The translations under genes were made by a program, and so were the position numbers. Shown here piece after piece: positions 54,050 to 63,877 of a DNA stretch of 64,000 bases. This DNA is from an uncultured Alphaproteobacteria bacterium (lineage in GTDB: Bacteria; Pseudomonadota; Alphaproteobacteria; Rs-D84). Every line of letters starts with the position of its first letter. Position 1 is the first letter of the stretch. The notes beneath the pieces are model-generated. The model saw only the letters and a program-made list of their open reading frames with translations. It did no database searches and was not told where the DNA came from. Location: contig CALXML010000002.1 of assembly GCA_944389465.1 (NCBI GenBank), positions 22,633 through 86,632 on the forward strand, read 5' to 3'.

Positions 54050-55045
54050 TTATACAACCTCGGTCACAGCACGCAAAGCCCCATCGCGGGACAGTTGCAC
54101 AACACGAATCTTTTTTTTCATTTCAGCAATTAAATCAGTGCGGTCATATGCGGGCTGGGTATGTAAAATGCGGTCGGCAAAGGCCGCATATGCGGCTTCG
54201 GCACTTTCGGCATGAATGGTTGTGTAAAAGTGGTCGTGCCCTGTGCCCAACATTTCCCACAGAACTGCTGCATTATCAGTTGAAATTTCGCCACCAATTA
54301 TAACATCTGGTGTCATACGAACAACCAAATCCAATAATCTGGCATAATTAAAATCATTGGTTTGTTCAGTTCGCGACAGGACAAAATGCACACGATTTGG
54401 TTGCGGTACACGAATTTCCCGTGCGTCTTCCACTGTTATAACACGACTGTTTTTATCAATCAGCGTTAACATATGATTCAGGAAAGTAGTCTTTCCCGTT
54501 GCAGTCGCACCACTGATTAAAATAGGACTGCCGTCATTTATGGCGGTCATCAACCTGTCATATGGGTCATCAGGGCGGGTTGATTCGCGTGGTTTAACCT
54601 TTAATAATTTTTCCCCGCGTTTCAGATGATAATTTTCAAACGAAGTATCCGGCGCAGATGTTCCGCGAATATTTAACGCCACCCCACCGGTAACGTCACG
54701 TTCGTCGTATTGAACATTCGGACCTGCAATTGCGGTAAATCTGTGATTCCCCGGCAACGTGGCGTAAACAACGGGTGTGCCGTGAATTGGGTCAAATGGT
54801 CGCTCATAAATATTCGCAACGGTATGAATTAAATCAATTAAATATTGCTTGGTTAAAACCTCGGCATTATAAGATACCCACGGCACGCGTGCGCCATGCA
54901 GACGCATCCAAACCTCGCCCGCGTGGTTTATGGCGATTTCTTCCACGAAAGAAGGCTTATAGAAATCTTCCAACGGTTTTAACAAAGAATCCAAAACTAC
55001 ATTTGACATCAGATTAATTTTATCACAAATCGTGACTTGAATCAA
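54050..55045 (-). CDS. VirB11/TrbB-family secretion ATPase (orphan)
   Basis: Walker A ILISGATATGKTTFLN, VITVEDAREI, GGEISTDNA and TGHDHFYTTIHA motifs. Start may be ATG 55009. Confidence 0.8.
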   Translation of the reverse strand: MIQVTICDKINLMSNVVLDSLLKPLEDFYKPSFVEEIAINHAGEVWMRLHGARVPWVSYNAEVLTKQYLIDLIHTVANIYERPFDPIHGTPVVYATLPGNHRFTAIAGPNVQYDERDVTGGVALNIRGTSAPDTSFENYHLKRGEKLLKVKPRESTRPDDPYDRLMTAINDGSPILISGATATGKTTFLNHMLTLIDKNSRVITVEDAREIRVPQPNRVHFVLSRTEQTNDFNYARLLDLVVRMTPDVIIGGEISTDNAAVLWEMLGTGHDHFYTTIHAESAEAAYAAFADRILHTQPAYDRTDLIAEMKKKIRVVQLSRDGALRAVTEVV

Positions 55046-55086
55046 AATGCTTTATTTGATAAAATTAAGAAAAAGAGAGATAAAAT

Positions 55087-55650
55087 ATGAAGAAGTCTTT
55101 ATTATTTGTACTGTGTTCTGCATTGGCATTGGGGGCATGTAATACTGGAAACGATACGCCGTATAATACGGATGATTTCGCCACCGGTGGTGCGGACGCG
55201 CCGTTATACAACGAACGCACCAGCACATTTATGCAGGCTGAAAACCAGTATTCAAATATTGATTCTTATAAACCAAAAACAGATGCCGAAAAAGAGGCCA
55301 GCAACAACCGCTGGAATACATCGCGTATGGAAACCCGTTGGCAGGAATATCGTGGTACAATGGTTCGTGTTCAAATATTGTTGGGTAATTCTGATTTGCG
55401 TGAAATGCGCCTGCGTTTGGTTCAAAATGCGGACGGAATGGATATTGATGGCGATGCGCGTACCGTTCTGGCCAAGGTTGCAGATTACGAAATGAAACGC
55501 GTCTGTGGTCGTAACGCGGACAGTATTGTTATGGTGTACGACCGTCCATCGTTTGACGTAATGCGCCCAACGCCTTACTTTGATTATCGTGTAGAGGCCG
55601 AAGGTTCAACCATGCGTGAATATGGTTTCAGATGTGTTTATAACAATTAA
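55087..55650 (+). CDS. hypothetical lipoprotein
   Basis: Lipobox ALALGACN. No family recognised. Confidence 0.5.
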   Translation: MKKSLLFVLCSALALGACNTGNDTPYNTDDFATGGADAPLYNERTSTFMQAENQYSNIDSYKPKTDAEKEASNNRWNTSRMETRWQEYRGTMVRVQILLGNSDLREMRLRLVQNADGMDIDGDARTVLAKVADYEMKRVCGRNADSIVMVYDRPSFDVMRPTPYFDYRVEAEGSTMREYGFRCVYNN

Positions 55651-55674
55651 TTAACAAAAAACAAAGGTGAAAGT

Positions 55675-56007
55675 ATGAAAAAAATTATGTCTGCGGTTGC
55701 ACTGTGTGGTGCAATGTTGTTGGGTGCGTGTGACAGCAATGCTGGCGCACAAAATGGTGATACGGTTGTAATTGATTTTGCTGGATATTTGGATGGTGTT
55801 CAATTTGAAGGTGGCACCGCTACAAATTTCCCATTGGTATTGGGCAGTGGTCAATTCGTCCCCGGATTTGAAGAACAGTTAATCGGTGCAGAAAAAGGCG
55901 AAACCCGTGATGTAAATATTACATTCCCAGAAAATTATGTACCTGAATTGGCGGGCAAGGCCGTTGTTTTCACGGTAACAGTTAATGACATTGTACCTGC
56001 AAAGTAA
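55675..56007 (+). CDS. FKBP-type peptidyl-prolyl isomerase lipoprotein (stand-alone trigger-factor-like PPIase domain)
   Basis: Lipobox [68 protein letters not shown] closely follows the trigger-factor PPIase domain pattern. Confidence 0.8.
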   Translation: MKKIMSAVALCGAMLLGACDSNAGAQNGDTVVIDFAGYLDGVQFEGGTATNFPLVLGSGQFVPGFEEQLIGAEKGETRDVNITFPENYVPELAGKAVVFTVTVNDIVPAK

Positions 56008-56027
56008 TTTGCGAAAATAAATATCAA

Positions 56028-56049
56028 ACGGGGCATCGCCCCGTTTTTT
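56028..56049 (+). terminator. intrinsic terminator
   Basis: ACGGGGCATCGCCCCGT followed by TTTTTT. Confidence 0.85.
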
Positions 56050-56137
56050 ATTGCAATAAATTAATATATTCTTATCCTGTTAATAAAATCCTAATGCAAA
56101 CCTCCGTTTGTATTGGGCACATAAAAACGGATGTAAT

Positions 56138-57343
56138 ATGGATAAAATATTTGTACCCCCAGAATTTACCAATCATTATCAAAAAATATTGGCCTCGGCA
56201 AATTTTAAGCCAGACCTGTCAATACATACAATTAAAAAAGGGCGTGTAATTGTTGATATAAAAAATGAATGCTTTGGCGTAATGGATGATACCGGTATTT
56301 TGGTGCCACAATCGGTTTCTTCACATCGCAGTCATGCAAGGCATCTGAAAAATATGCGCTGTCAATACGTTGATTGTGATGCAGTGTATTGTGGTGGCGG
56401 AATGGCCATTGCGCATTTTGGACATTTTTTAGTAGAAGGCATAAATCGTATCTGGCCCGTTTTTGATAAGAAGTATAAAAATTGTAAATTTGTATTTGCC
56501 ACAACCGGTAACCGGCCTGTTCCGAAATATATAACAGAAATGTTAACATTGGCCGGCATTCCGCACGAAAATATTATGTTTCTGAACAAACCCGTTGCAT
56601 TCAGAACAGTATATATACCTGACGAGGCCTTTGATTGGCAACGTTATACGTCGCCAACAATGGTTGAAATTTGTAACCAAATATCTGCGTCAATAAAGTT
56701 ATCTATCAAAACATATGATAAAATTTATGTGTCGCGTGCCGCAATGGGTGACAGAAAAACAGTTGGCGAAGAAGTCATTCAACATATTTTTGAAAAAAAT
56801 GGATACAAAATTATATACCCTGAACAGTTATCAATACAGGAACAAATATATTTGATTAAAAATTGTAAATATTTGGCTGGGTGTGCGGGAACAGCACTGC
56901 ATTTGGCTTTATTTATGCCACGTGGCGGAACTGTTATACAAATAAAAAGAAACAGTCAACCAGATGATAATTTATTTACGCAAAATTTGATAAACAAAAC
57001 GGTTGGATTAAACACAGTTTTAATTTGGGGCAGTACAGAAACAATCCCAACGGAACATTTTACCGCGCATCCGCAAATTATTGGACCAAACCAATATTTT
57101 GTTGATTTTTTAACAGCGATGAAATTTCATTATGATGACACAGATTTGATTGTGCCTGATGATATTTGGCAGGAATATAACAATAATGTTGCACGATATA
57201 ACAGGGAATTGGGCGGCAAACTTATACGCCGTGTAAAGAAAACTGTTATACGTGCATTCAGTTGTATTATCCCGACCAGACACGGTCGCAAAATTACGCG
57301 TGAATTTCTGGAACGGGTATTAAAATACAAAAACAAGTTATAA
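56138..57343 (+). CDS. glycosyltransferase family 61 (DUF563) protein
   Basis: ..HFGHFLVEGINRIWP.. motif typical of GT61/DUF563. AT-rich gene. Internal ATG 56138 preferred. Confidence 0.7.
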   Translation: MDKIFVPPEFTNHYQKILASANFKPDLSIHTIKKGRVIVDIKNECFGVMDDTGILVPQSVSSHRSHARHLKNMRCQYVDCDAVYCGGGMAIAHFGHFLVEGINRIWPVFDKKYKNCKFVFATTGNRPVPKYITEMLTLAGIPHENIMFLNKPVAFRTVYIPDEAFDWQRYTSPTMVEICNQISASIKLSIKTYDKIYVSRAAMGDRKTVGEEVIQHIFEKNGYKIIYPEQLSIQEQIYLIKNCKYLAGCAGTALHLALFMPRGGTVIQIKRNSQPDDNLFTQNLINKTVGLNTVLIWGSTETIPTEHFTAHPQIIGPNQYFVDFLTAMKFHYDDTDLIVPDDIWQEYNNNVARYNRELGGKLIRRVKKTVIRAFSCIIPTRHGRKITREFLERVLKYKNKL

Positions 57344-57388
57344 TAAACCATTCCCCAACAGATTAATGTCCGTTGGGAAATAGGCATA

Positions 57389-57649
57389 TTACTGTATTAC
57401 CGCGCTTTTAATCAGCGCAACGTCTTCACGGATTGTGTCAATTTTTATTTGCAATTGTCCAATTCCAGTTTCCAATATGGTTGTTCTGTTTTCCAATGCA
57501 GTTATACGTGTATCTGCACGTTGTAAATCCGCCAGCGAAGAATCCTGACGTGCAACCCAATATATAACACCCGCGATAAATGCAATTAAAAACCAACTGT
57601 TGCGCAGAAATTCAATGATTCCGGTTGGGCTGCGTGATTGCTGTTCCAT
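57389..57649 (-). CDS. small membrane-anchored coiled-coil protein (phage-associated)
   Basis: One TM helix (WFLIAFIAGVIYWV) followed by a heptad coiled coil. ATGA overlap with the upstream gene. Confidence 0.45.
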   Translation of the reverse strand: MEQQSRSPTGIIEFLRNSWFLIAFIAGVIYWVARQDSSLADLQRADTRITALENRTTILETGIGQLQIKIDTIREDVALIKSAVIQ

Positions 57650-57840
57650 TATTTCCCCCGCTGTATCATATTTTCTATTTGATGAACCAGTGCGCGTTGT
57701 GATTCCAATCCACGTAATTCGGCATCAGTTGCGTTCGGCCCCAACACTCGTTCAATTGTAATCTTGCGTAAATGCTGTAAAACAATCGCGCCGGCCGCGG
57801 TTGAAAAAGTTCGTGCATAGTTTTGTTCTAAATCATTCAT
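57649..57840 (-). CDS. Bbp19-like small phage protein
   Basis: ..TFSTAAGAIVLQHLRKITI......ELRGLESQRALVHQIENMI resembles the Bbp19 family found beside portals of BPP-1-like phages (recalled from memory). Confidence 0.5.
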   Translation of the reverse strand: MNDLEQNYARTFSTAAGAIVLQHLRKITIERVLGPNATDAELRGLESQRALVHQIENMIQRGK

Positions 57841-57852
57841 TTATATTCCTTT

Positions 57853-59076
57853 TTATATAATGTTTTCTGCGATTGCCATTTTTGTAATTGGTGCGATGTA
57901 TTTTAATTCCGCGTCACTGTGCAGCGATATTTTATCAATCACCCCACGGCGTGATAAAATTTGCAGCCCGCGTTCAACCAGTGGATGAATAAATTCGTGC
58001 AGCAACCGCCCATACGTTGCGCCCAATATGCGCATCATATCCGCGTTACGTGCCAAAATTTCAGTGGCTGTCATTTCTTTTTCGCTTAATAACCCCAATC
58101 TGTCGGCCAATAAAGCATGACGAATGCGTTCACGTAAATCTTTTAATACAATTTGCGATACGTCAAAATCTGCCCCCGATGCCAGTGGTGTCAAACCAGA
58201 CGAACCAACTGCCTTGGGTATAATTGCGCCGGGGGTCAGATTTATGTTTTGTAAATTTATTACACCATCATCATCGGCCTGCCAAATGCCGGAAACCGCA
58301 ATGGTTGCATTTTTCAAAACCAGTTCCACAACTTTGTTTGCTGTCTTTATATCGGGCAGGGCGCGTAACACTGGGCCACGGCCATATATTTCGCCACTGG
58401 CCACCGACCAGCGGAATATAATATATGGATTCGTTTCAAACGTTCCGCGGGCCACAATATTGTTTTCAATGTCGCCACCCGCATCCAACCAAGCGGTAAA
58501 TTCAGTCCCAACCAATGCCTGAACCAGTTTCAGTGGTGTTTCAGGGTTATTTTTAATTGTTTCGCGCAAATCCGCCGGCGGTGTCCATGACGGATATTTT
58601 TCCATTACCTCGTATGCTGGCATATTTGCCGTATGAAACGTTGCGTTTGGCAATATTGCAATATCGCGCATTGGTATGGCGGTAAAAGAAAATGCCGATG
58701 CTGCACCAATTGGATTTTCCGCCATAAACAGACATGCCGTACCCAAAACAATCAAATCCATATAACATTGATGAATTGTTGTGTAAAAATTAGAATCGTT
58801 CAGATTTGCCCGCAATGCAATGGTTGCGGCGGTGGCATCTGGGGATGCGGTGCTTTCAGGTATTAATGATACCCATTGTGATTCTGGTGGTGTCAACAGT
58901 GAATAAATGGACGCGGCCAAATTATCTGCTGCATCTGCGGCGGTTGCATCAAACAACATTGCCACGTCATCATCCGCCGTTGGCATTGTGTAACGTGTGG
59001 CCGCATCCCATCGGGCAATCCATAGGCTGCGCATATCAATTGCGCGTTTATACATTTGTTGCAAATTATATTTCAT
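57853..59076 (-). CDS. phage portal (head-to-tail connector) protein
   Basis: 407 aa directly downstream of the terminase. The N-terminal ..RWDAATRYTMPT....LFDATAADAADNLAASIYSLLTPPESQW pattern matches podoviral connector proteins. Confidence 0.7.
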   Translation of the reverse strand: MKYNLQQMYKRAIDMRSLWIARWDAATRYTMPTADDDVAMLFDATAADAADNLAASIYSLLTPPESQWVSLIPESTASPDATAATIALRANLNDSNFYTTIHQCYMDLIVLGTACLFMAENPIGAASAFSFTAIPMRDIAILPNATFHTANMPAYEVMEKYPSWTPPADLRETIKNNPETPLKLVQALVGTEFTAWLDAGGDIENNIVARGTFETNPYIIFRWSVASGEIYGRGPVLRALPDIKTANKVVELVLKNATIAVSGIWQADDDGVINLQNINLTPGAIIPKAVGSSGLTPLASGADFDVSQIVLKDLRERIRHALLADRLGLLSEKEMTATEILARNADMMRILGATYGRLLHEFIHPLVERGLQILSRRGVIDKISLHSDAELKYIAPITKMAIAENII

Positions 59077-59092
59077 ATTAATCTCCTGTGGG

Positions 59093-59941
59093 TTATATGT
59101 TGAAATCAGTGTTTGCTGAAAAAGTTGTTATACTGTGTCCCAATGGGCGTATGGGTGTTGGCATGGCGCATATTGCGCCTGCAACAGCATCCAATCCATC
59201 ATCGTGAATACGCGTGCCAATGGGCGACCATCCCAACATTTCTGAAATCAATGGGGTTGATTGAACACGCCGGTGCGCATACAGCCGGCCCGTTGTCAGT
59301 AATGGTTCAATGGAATTTAAGATTCTGTTTTCTTTGTTTTGTGTATTTGTAACATTGTTTATATTAACGGTTATGTTGCGGCGTTTTGCCACATCGCGCA
59401 TAATTTCAGGCAACGCATTGCCAATACCATTGGTTTCAATGCTTATTCTGTGTATATTATGATGTAACATAAAATTTAGTATGTTATCACATTGTCGCGC
59501 CAATGGATGCAGTTCTGAATCAGAAACGATTAAATACATTACATCATGGATAAACACATATTTTGATTTATCATCGCGATACAGTAAAACACATACACTG
59601 CCGTCTGATTTTTTTCGTCCAGACGATGGGTCCCAATAAACTGTGGCACCGGTTATAATGTGTTCATCAATTCGTGCGGTGCGAATATCAAAATCAGCAT
59701 CATATAAATGTAACGCATCTGGGTCCAGACGCGCCCTGTCGGGCGGGATAAATTTTAACATCATTTGCGCTGAAAAATATCGCGCACCAACAGATTGCCG
59801 TATTTCATCTATGCGGGATGAGGGAAATAATTCAGGCCACGTTGCCACGCCAGTATCTGAAATAATGGGAATTTTTAATTCACGATATCCGCGTAAAAAA
59901 GGCGTTGAAAAACTAAAATTTTTATATACCATATCTGACAT
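59093..59941 (-). CDS. terminase large subunit, C-terminal fragment (nuclease domain)
   Basis: ..WPELFPSSRIDEIRQSVGARYFSAQMM.., YWDPSSG...DGSV, ISIETNGIG and HDDGLDAVAGAI are RNaseH-like terminase nuclease motifs. AGGGGT SD 7 nt upstream of its ATG. Confidence 0.75.
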   Translation of the reverse strand: MSDMVYKNFSFSTPFLRGYRELKIPIISDTGVATWPELFPSSRIDEIRQSVGARYFSAQMMLKFIPPDRARLDPDALHLYDADFDIRTARIDEHIITGATVYWDPSSGRKKSDGSVCVLLYRDDKSKYVFIHDVMYLIVSDSELHPLARQCDNILNFMLHHNIHRISIETNGIGNALPEIMRDVAKRRNITVNINNVTNTQNKENRILNSIEPLLTTGRLYAHRRVQSTPLISEMLGWSPIGTRIHDDGLDAVAGAICAMPTPIRPLGHSITTFSANTDFNI

Positions 59942-61499
59942 GGACTTTACCCCTAAAACATTGCCAACGAATTTAGAAGCAGAACAGGCCGTTTTGGCTG
60001 CTGTCCTGATGAATAATCGTGCATTGGAACGTGTATCCGAATTTCTGCGACCGGAACATTTTTCGCATCCTGCGCATCAGGAAATTTATAAATTGGCAGA
60101 ACGTCAGTTTGCGGCCGGCATTCCGTTTGACATTATCACTGCAAAAACATATCTGGAACAACAGGGCGTATTGGAATCCGTTGGCGGCGTGGATTATTTA
60201 AGTCAATTGGCATCTGCGGGTGCAACTGTTGTAAATGTTGAACAATATGGCCGCATTGTTTATGAAAACGCAATGCGTCGGGAATTAATAAATCTGGGGC
60301 AATCCATAACAGATGCCGCATTCATAGAGGATTTAGAAAATCCCGTATCTGCCCAAATTGAAACCGCCGAACAGAAATTATTTGAAATGGCATCGGCCGG
60401 CGTTTCTGAACGCGAGGTTGCATCCATCGGCACCGCATTACAGGACGCATTGAAAGAGGCTGAAATCGCATACAAGGCAGATGGCCAATTGTCCGGTTTA
60501 ACGACTGGGTTAACTGCGCTGGATAAATCAATCAGCGGTTTGCATCATTCTGATTTAATAATTATTGCTGGTCGTCCTGCGATGGGTAAAACCACATTGG
60601 CAATGAATATTGCATTTAATGCGGCGAACGCCATTCAATACGGGCGTGCAAACGAACGCTATCATGGGGCAGTTGTGTTTTTCAGTCTTGAAATGTCTAA
60701 ATCCCAGTTGGCGGCGCGTGTATTGTCGTCACAGTCAAAAATACCTGCATCCGCCATGCGCGAAGGTTCGTTGACTGATGAAGATTTCTTGAAAATGTCG
60801 CAATATGCCGATGCGATAAGTAAAGTGCCACTGTTTATTGATGATACCCCCGGAATGTCAGTTCCGATGATGCGCACACGTGCGCGTCGTTTGGCGCGTA
60901 AATGTGGTGGAATCGCATTAATCGTGATTGATTATCTGCAGTTAATGACATCCCCCGGTGGCAAACGTAATGATAACCGTGTTCAGGAAATTTCTGAAAT
61001 CACACGTGGATTAAAAATGCTGGCCAAGGAATTGGATGTTCCTGTAATTGCATTGTCCCAGTTATCGCGCAGTGTGGAAAGTCGTGATGATAAACGTCCA
61101 CAATTGGCGGATTTGCGTGAATCTGGTTCTATTGAACAGGACGCCGACATTGTAATGTTTACATACCGCGAAGAATATTATTTGGAAAATCGCGACCCGT
61201 CCCAGCGTATTTCCGGTAATGCCAACGAAAAGATTATTGAAAGTTTTCAAAAGCGTTTGGAACGTGCCCGTGGCAAGGCCGATGTTATAATCGGTAAAAA
61301 CCGTCATGGCCGGCCAGAAACTGTGCGCTTGGCATTTTTTGGCGATTATAGTCTGTTTGATAATTTGGATGAAGTAAATGCGCGTGGTGAAAATGATTTT
61401 GGTGGTGTGCCACAGGGTGTTTCACCAACATTGGATGCGCCGGATTCTGAACCAACACCGATTGATTTAGACGCAATCCCAGACGACATCCCATTGTAA
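59940..61499 (+). CDS. dnaB: replicative DNA helicase DnaB
   Basis: MDFTPKTLPTNLEAEQAVLAAVL.., GRPAMGKTT Walker A, VIDYLQLM, SQLSR, EQDAD. The upstream in-frame extension to 59643 was rejected. Confidence 0.92.
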   Translation: MDFTPKTLPTNLEAEQAVLAAVLMNNRALERVSEFLRPEHFSHPAHQEIYKLAERQFAAGIPFDIITAKTYLEQQGVLESVGGVDYLSQLASAGATVVNVEQYGRIVYENAMRRELINLGQSITDAAFIEDLENPVSAQIETAEQKLFEMASAGVSEREVASIGTALQDALKEAEIAYKADGQLSGLTTGLTALDKSISGLHHSDLIIIAGRPAMGKTTLAMNIAFNAANAIQYGRANERYHGAVVFFSLEMSKSQLAARVLSSQSKIPASAMREGSLTDEDFLKMSQYADAISKVPLFIDDTPGMSVPMMRTRARRLARKCGGIALIVIDYLQLMTSPGGKRNDNRVQEISEITRGLKMLAKELDVPVIALSQLSRSVESRDDKRPQLADLRESGSIEQDADIVMFTYREEYYLENRDPSQRISGNANEKIIESFQKRLERARGKADVIIGKNRHGRPETVRLAFFGDYSLFDNLDEVNARGENDFGGVPQGVSPTLDAPDSEPTPIDLDAIPDDIPL

Positions 61500-61571
61500 T
61501 TTTATTTTATGCTTGCCAAAACATCAAAAATTGACTAAAATTTTTGTCAAGAAAATTCAAGGAGATTTGCG

Positions 61572-62576
61572 ATGGCCCAAGAAGAAATAATTTTCCCAAA
61601 TAATATCAGAAATATTCGTTTGGCCAACGGTATGAAAATGACCGAATTGGCGCGCCAATCAAACCTGTCTTTGTCCGCCGTGTCAAAGATTGAAAAGGGT
61701 GTTCGCCGTCTGAATCAAAAACAGTTGTTAAACATATGCAACATTTTGGGATGCAAATTATCCGACATTTTTATCAAGGAATCAGACGAAGTTGCCGGTC
61801 AATGGCAAAATGAAATCAAACGTCGCCTGAATGATAACGAAGACAGCGGATTAAAAATTTTTGGCAGTGGTCTGCGCAAAATCCGCCAGCAATCTGGCAA
61901 AACCATTGCACAGGCGGCCAAGGATGCAGGTATGACCCTGTCTGTGTATCATAAAATAGAGGTTGGCCAACGTGAAATATACGAAAATGAAATAGAGCCA
62001 TTGGCAAAATCATTTTCATACACGGTTGAAGAATTGTTTGATAAAATCGCAACATTGTATAAATCTGGCGAATTAAACAAACAAATCAGCAAGGTCAAGG
62101 AACGCGTAAAATCTGTTTTGGTCCCCGGAAATCCAATGTCTGGCATTGACCACAGCAGTTTGTTTGGCGCAAAATTATATGACAGTGCGCGTAAAAAATT
62201 GGTTCCTGTGTTTGGTGTTCCATCGGGCAAATCAATTGCGTTTAAAAAGTCTGATAAAAATATGATTGTTGCCCCCATGCCCCTAGAGGGTCACAAGGGC
62301 ATATACGCCGTAAAACCAAATCCAAAACGTTTGGGCGGTTTTATACCTGAAAATGCATATGTTTTCGCAGATTCTGATACGCCTGCATCTGTGGGTGATT
62401 TGGCGGTGTGCATTGATGCGGACTTTGCAACATTGGATTCAAATGACACCGTTAACGCACAAATTGCCAGCGTTCGTTCTGATGCCAAGGGCAGGGTATA
62501 CGGACAAATTTCATCACCAGAAGAAAAAATAATCGCCAAAACAATGCATCGTGTTGTTATGATTGTTATGGAATAA
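61572..62576 (+). CDS. XRE-family regulator with two HTH domains and an S24/LexA-like C-terminal domain
   Basis: Two HTH_3-like segments (IRNIRLANGMKMTELARQSNLS..SKIEKG and LRKIRQQSGKTIAQAAKDAGMT..HKIEVG). The beta-rich C-terminus resembles a repressor cleavage domain. AAGGAGA SD. Confidence 0.7.
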   Translation: MAQEEIIFPNNIRNIRLANGMKMTELARQSNLSLSAVSKIEKGVRRLNQKQLLNICNILGCKLSDIFIKESDEVAGQWQNEIKRRLNDNEDSGLKIFGSGLRKIRQQSGKTIAQAAKDAGMTLSVYHKIEVGQREIYENEIEPLAKSFSYTVEELFDKIATLYKSGELNKQISKVKERVKSVLVPGNPMSGIDHSSLFGAKLYDSARKKLVPVFGVPSGKSIAFKKSDKNMIVAPMPLEGHKGIYAVKPNPKRLGGFIPENAYVFADSDTPASVGDLAVCIDADFATLDSNDTVNAQIASVRSDAKGRVYGQISSPEEKIIAKTMHRVVMIVME

Positions 62577-62599
62577 TACTTTTACACACGGGGGGGGTA

Positions 62600-63274
62600 A
62601 TGAAAGCCAAAGCCAGCACAGTCGCACAAAAATTATTGAATCTGTATCGTCAGGAACACGTTATATTTGGCGGTTGGTCGGCCGTGAATCAGGTGTTTAT
62701 TGACGAAGCAGACGCAGACGTTATCCGTGCATTGCGTGAATTGCCAACTGGCAAAAATTTAATTCGGCACATAGAAAACCTGCGCAGTGGCAAAACCCCA
62801 ATGAATACAATTGAACGTGAATTATTGCCATATGGTGGGATGATGGCTGAAACCATTGCAACCGTGCCGTTAACGGCCGATGAATGGACAGAACTGGAAT
62901 CTGGCATTAATTCTTTTACCACTGACCAAGATGGCCTGAACGAAATTCAGCAATTAAATGTGGTTAAAAAATTTGGTGACCAATGGTTGGTTGCAATTCG
63001 TGCCGCATTGTCTGAACGGCCCGATTTATTGGAAAAGTGGTCAGTAATTAATAAAACATACCGTGCATATTATTTATGGAAGGTTGCCAGTGATATGTTA
63101 AATCAGCCGTTATCAGAACGCGCCCGTGCCCAGTTACAGGTTGATATGCCGGAATATGAAACATATTTGCCAATGTTTGGTGCGGCTGGGACAGAATTGT
63201 TGGAAAAATTGCGTTCTTTTATTTCCACCATGAAACCGATTGACGATACTGAAAATGACGGTTTGGATTTTTAA
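62600..63274 (+). CDS. hypothetical protein
   Basis: 224-aa ORF with a GGGGGG SD. No family recognised. Confidence 0.45.
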   Translation: MKAKASTVAQKLLNLYRQEHVIFGGWSAVNQVFIDEADADVIRALRELPTGKNLIRHIENLRSGKTPMNTIERELLPYGGMMAETIATVPLTADEWTELESGINSFTTDQDGLNEIQQLNVVKKFGDQWLVAIRAALSERPDLLEKWSVINKTYRAYYLWKVASDMLNQPLSERARAQLQVDMPEYETYLPMFGAAGTELLEKLRSFISTMKPIDDTENDGLDF

Positions 63275-63876
63275 TCCTGTTCTGTGGTTCGGTAAATAGT
63301 ATCCAGTGTATGTGGTGTACCAATATAAATCATTGCGCCGTTTGGTGACAAAATAAAATCCAGTTCCCGTAATCGTTCGCGTAACATTTCACGTTTTAAT
63401 GCAGTGTTGCTGGTGTTTGGAACTTCTACGTCGTCGCATATTATTAAATCTGAACGCAGACCTGTAATATTGCCATGAATGCCCTGACATATAACAGATG
63501 GTTCACGAATGCCAATAGGTCTGTTGACAGTTATTTTATCGTGCGCCCATTCTTTTTTTGTTTTTGGTATTAAATCGTGACATTTTGGATGATTTTCCAA
63601 AATATGCCGTATATGTGATACCATTCGTGCCGCCAGACCAGATTCAGCAGATAGGATTAAAATCCTTGTTTCAGGATGCAGACATAACACACACGCCGCA
63701 AATATGCCAACAACGGTTGATTTGCCCGAATGTCGGAATGCCATCAGCAATCCCCTGTGTGGCGGTGTTGTTATTATTGAAAACAAAAATTGCATAATTT
63801 GTTTATGGTGTGCTGGGGTGGTGTGCCCCAACACACTGTTCCATTCATCCAGAAATTCATAAAAATCGTCCAGCAT
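63271..63876 (-). CDS. terminase large subunit, N-terminal fragment (ATPase domain)
   Basis: Walker A-like FRHSGKST, Walker B DLIICDDVE, coupling motif IYIGTPHTLDTIY. Ends 6 codons later at a TAA. ATG 63876 preferred over TTG 63897. Confidence 0.75.
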   Translation of the reverse strand: MLDDFYEFLDEWNSVLGHTTPAHHKQIMQFLFSIITTPPHRGLLMAFRHSGKSTVVGIFAACVLCLHPETRILILSAESGLAARMVSHIRHILENHPKCHDLIPKTKKEWAHDKITVNRPIGIREPSVICQGIHGNITGLRSDLIICDDVEVPNTSNTALKREMLRERLRELDFILSPNGAMIYIGTPHTLDTIYRTTEQD

Positions 63877-63877
63877 T

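Noticed and set aside
59643-59939. 99-codon N-terminal extension of dnaB in the ORF track
   Set aside because: The extension is antisense to the well-supported terminase nuclease domain and has no DnaB similarity. DnaB homology begins at MDFTPKTLPTNLEAEQ (ATG 59940).
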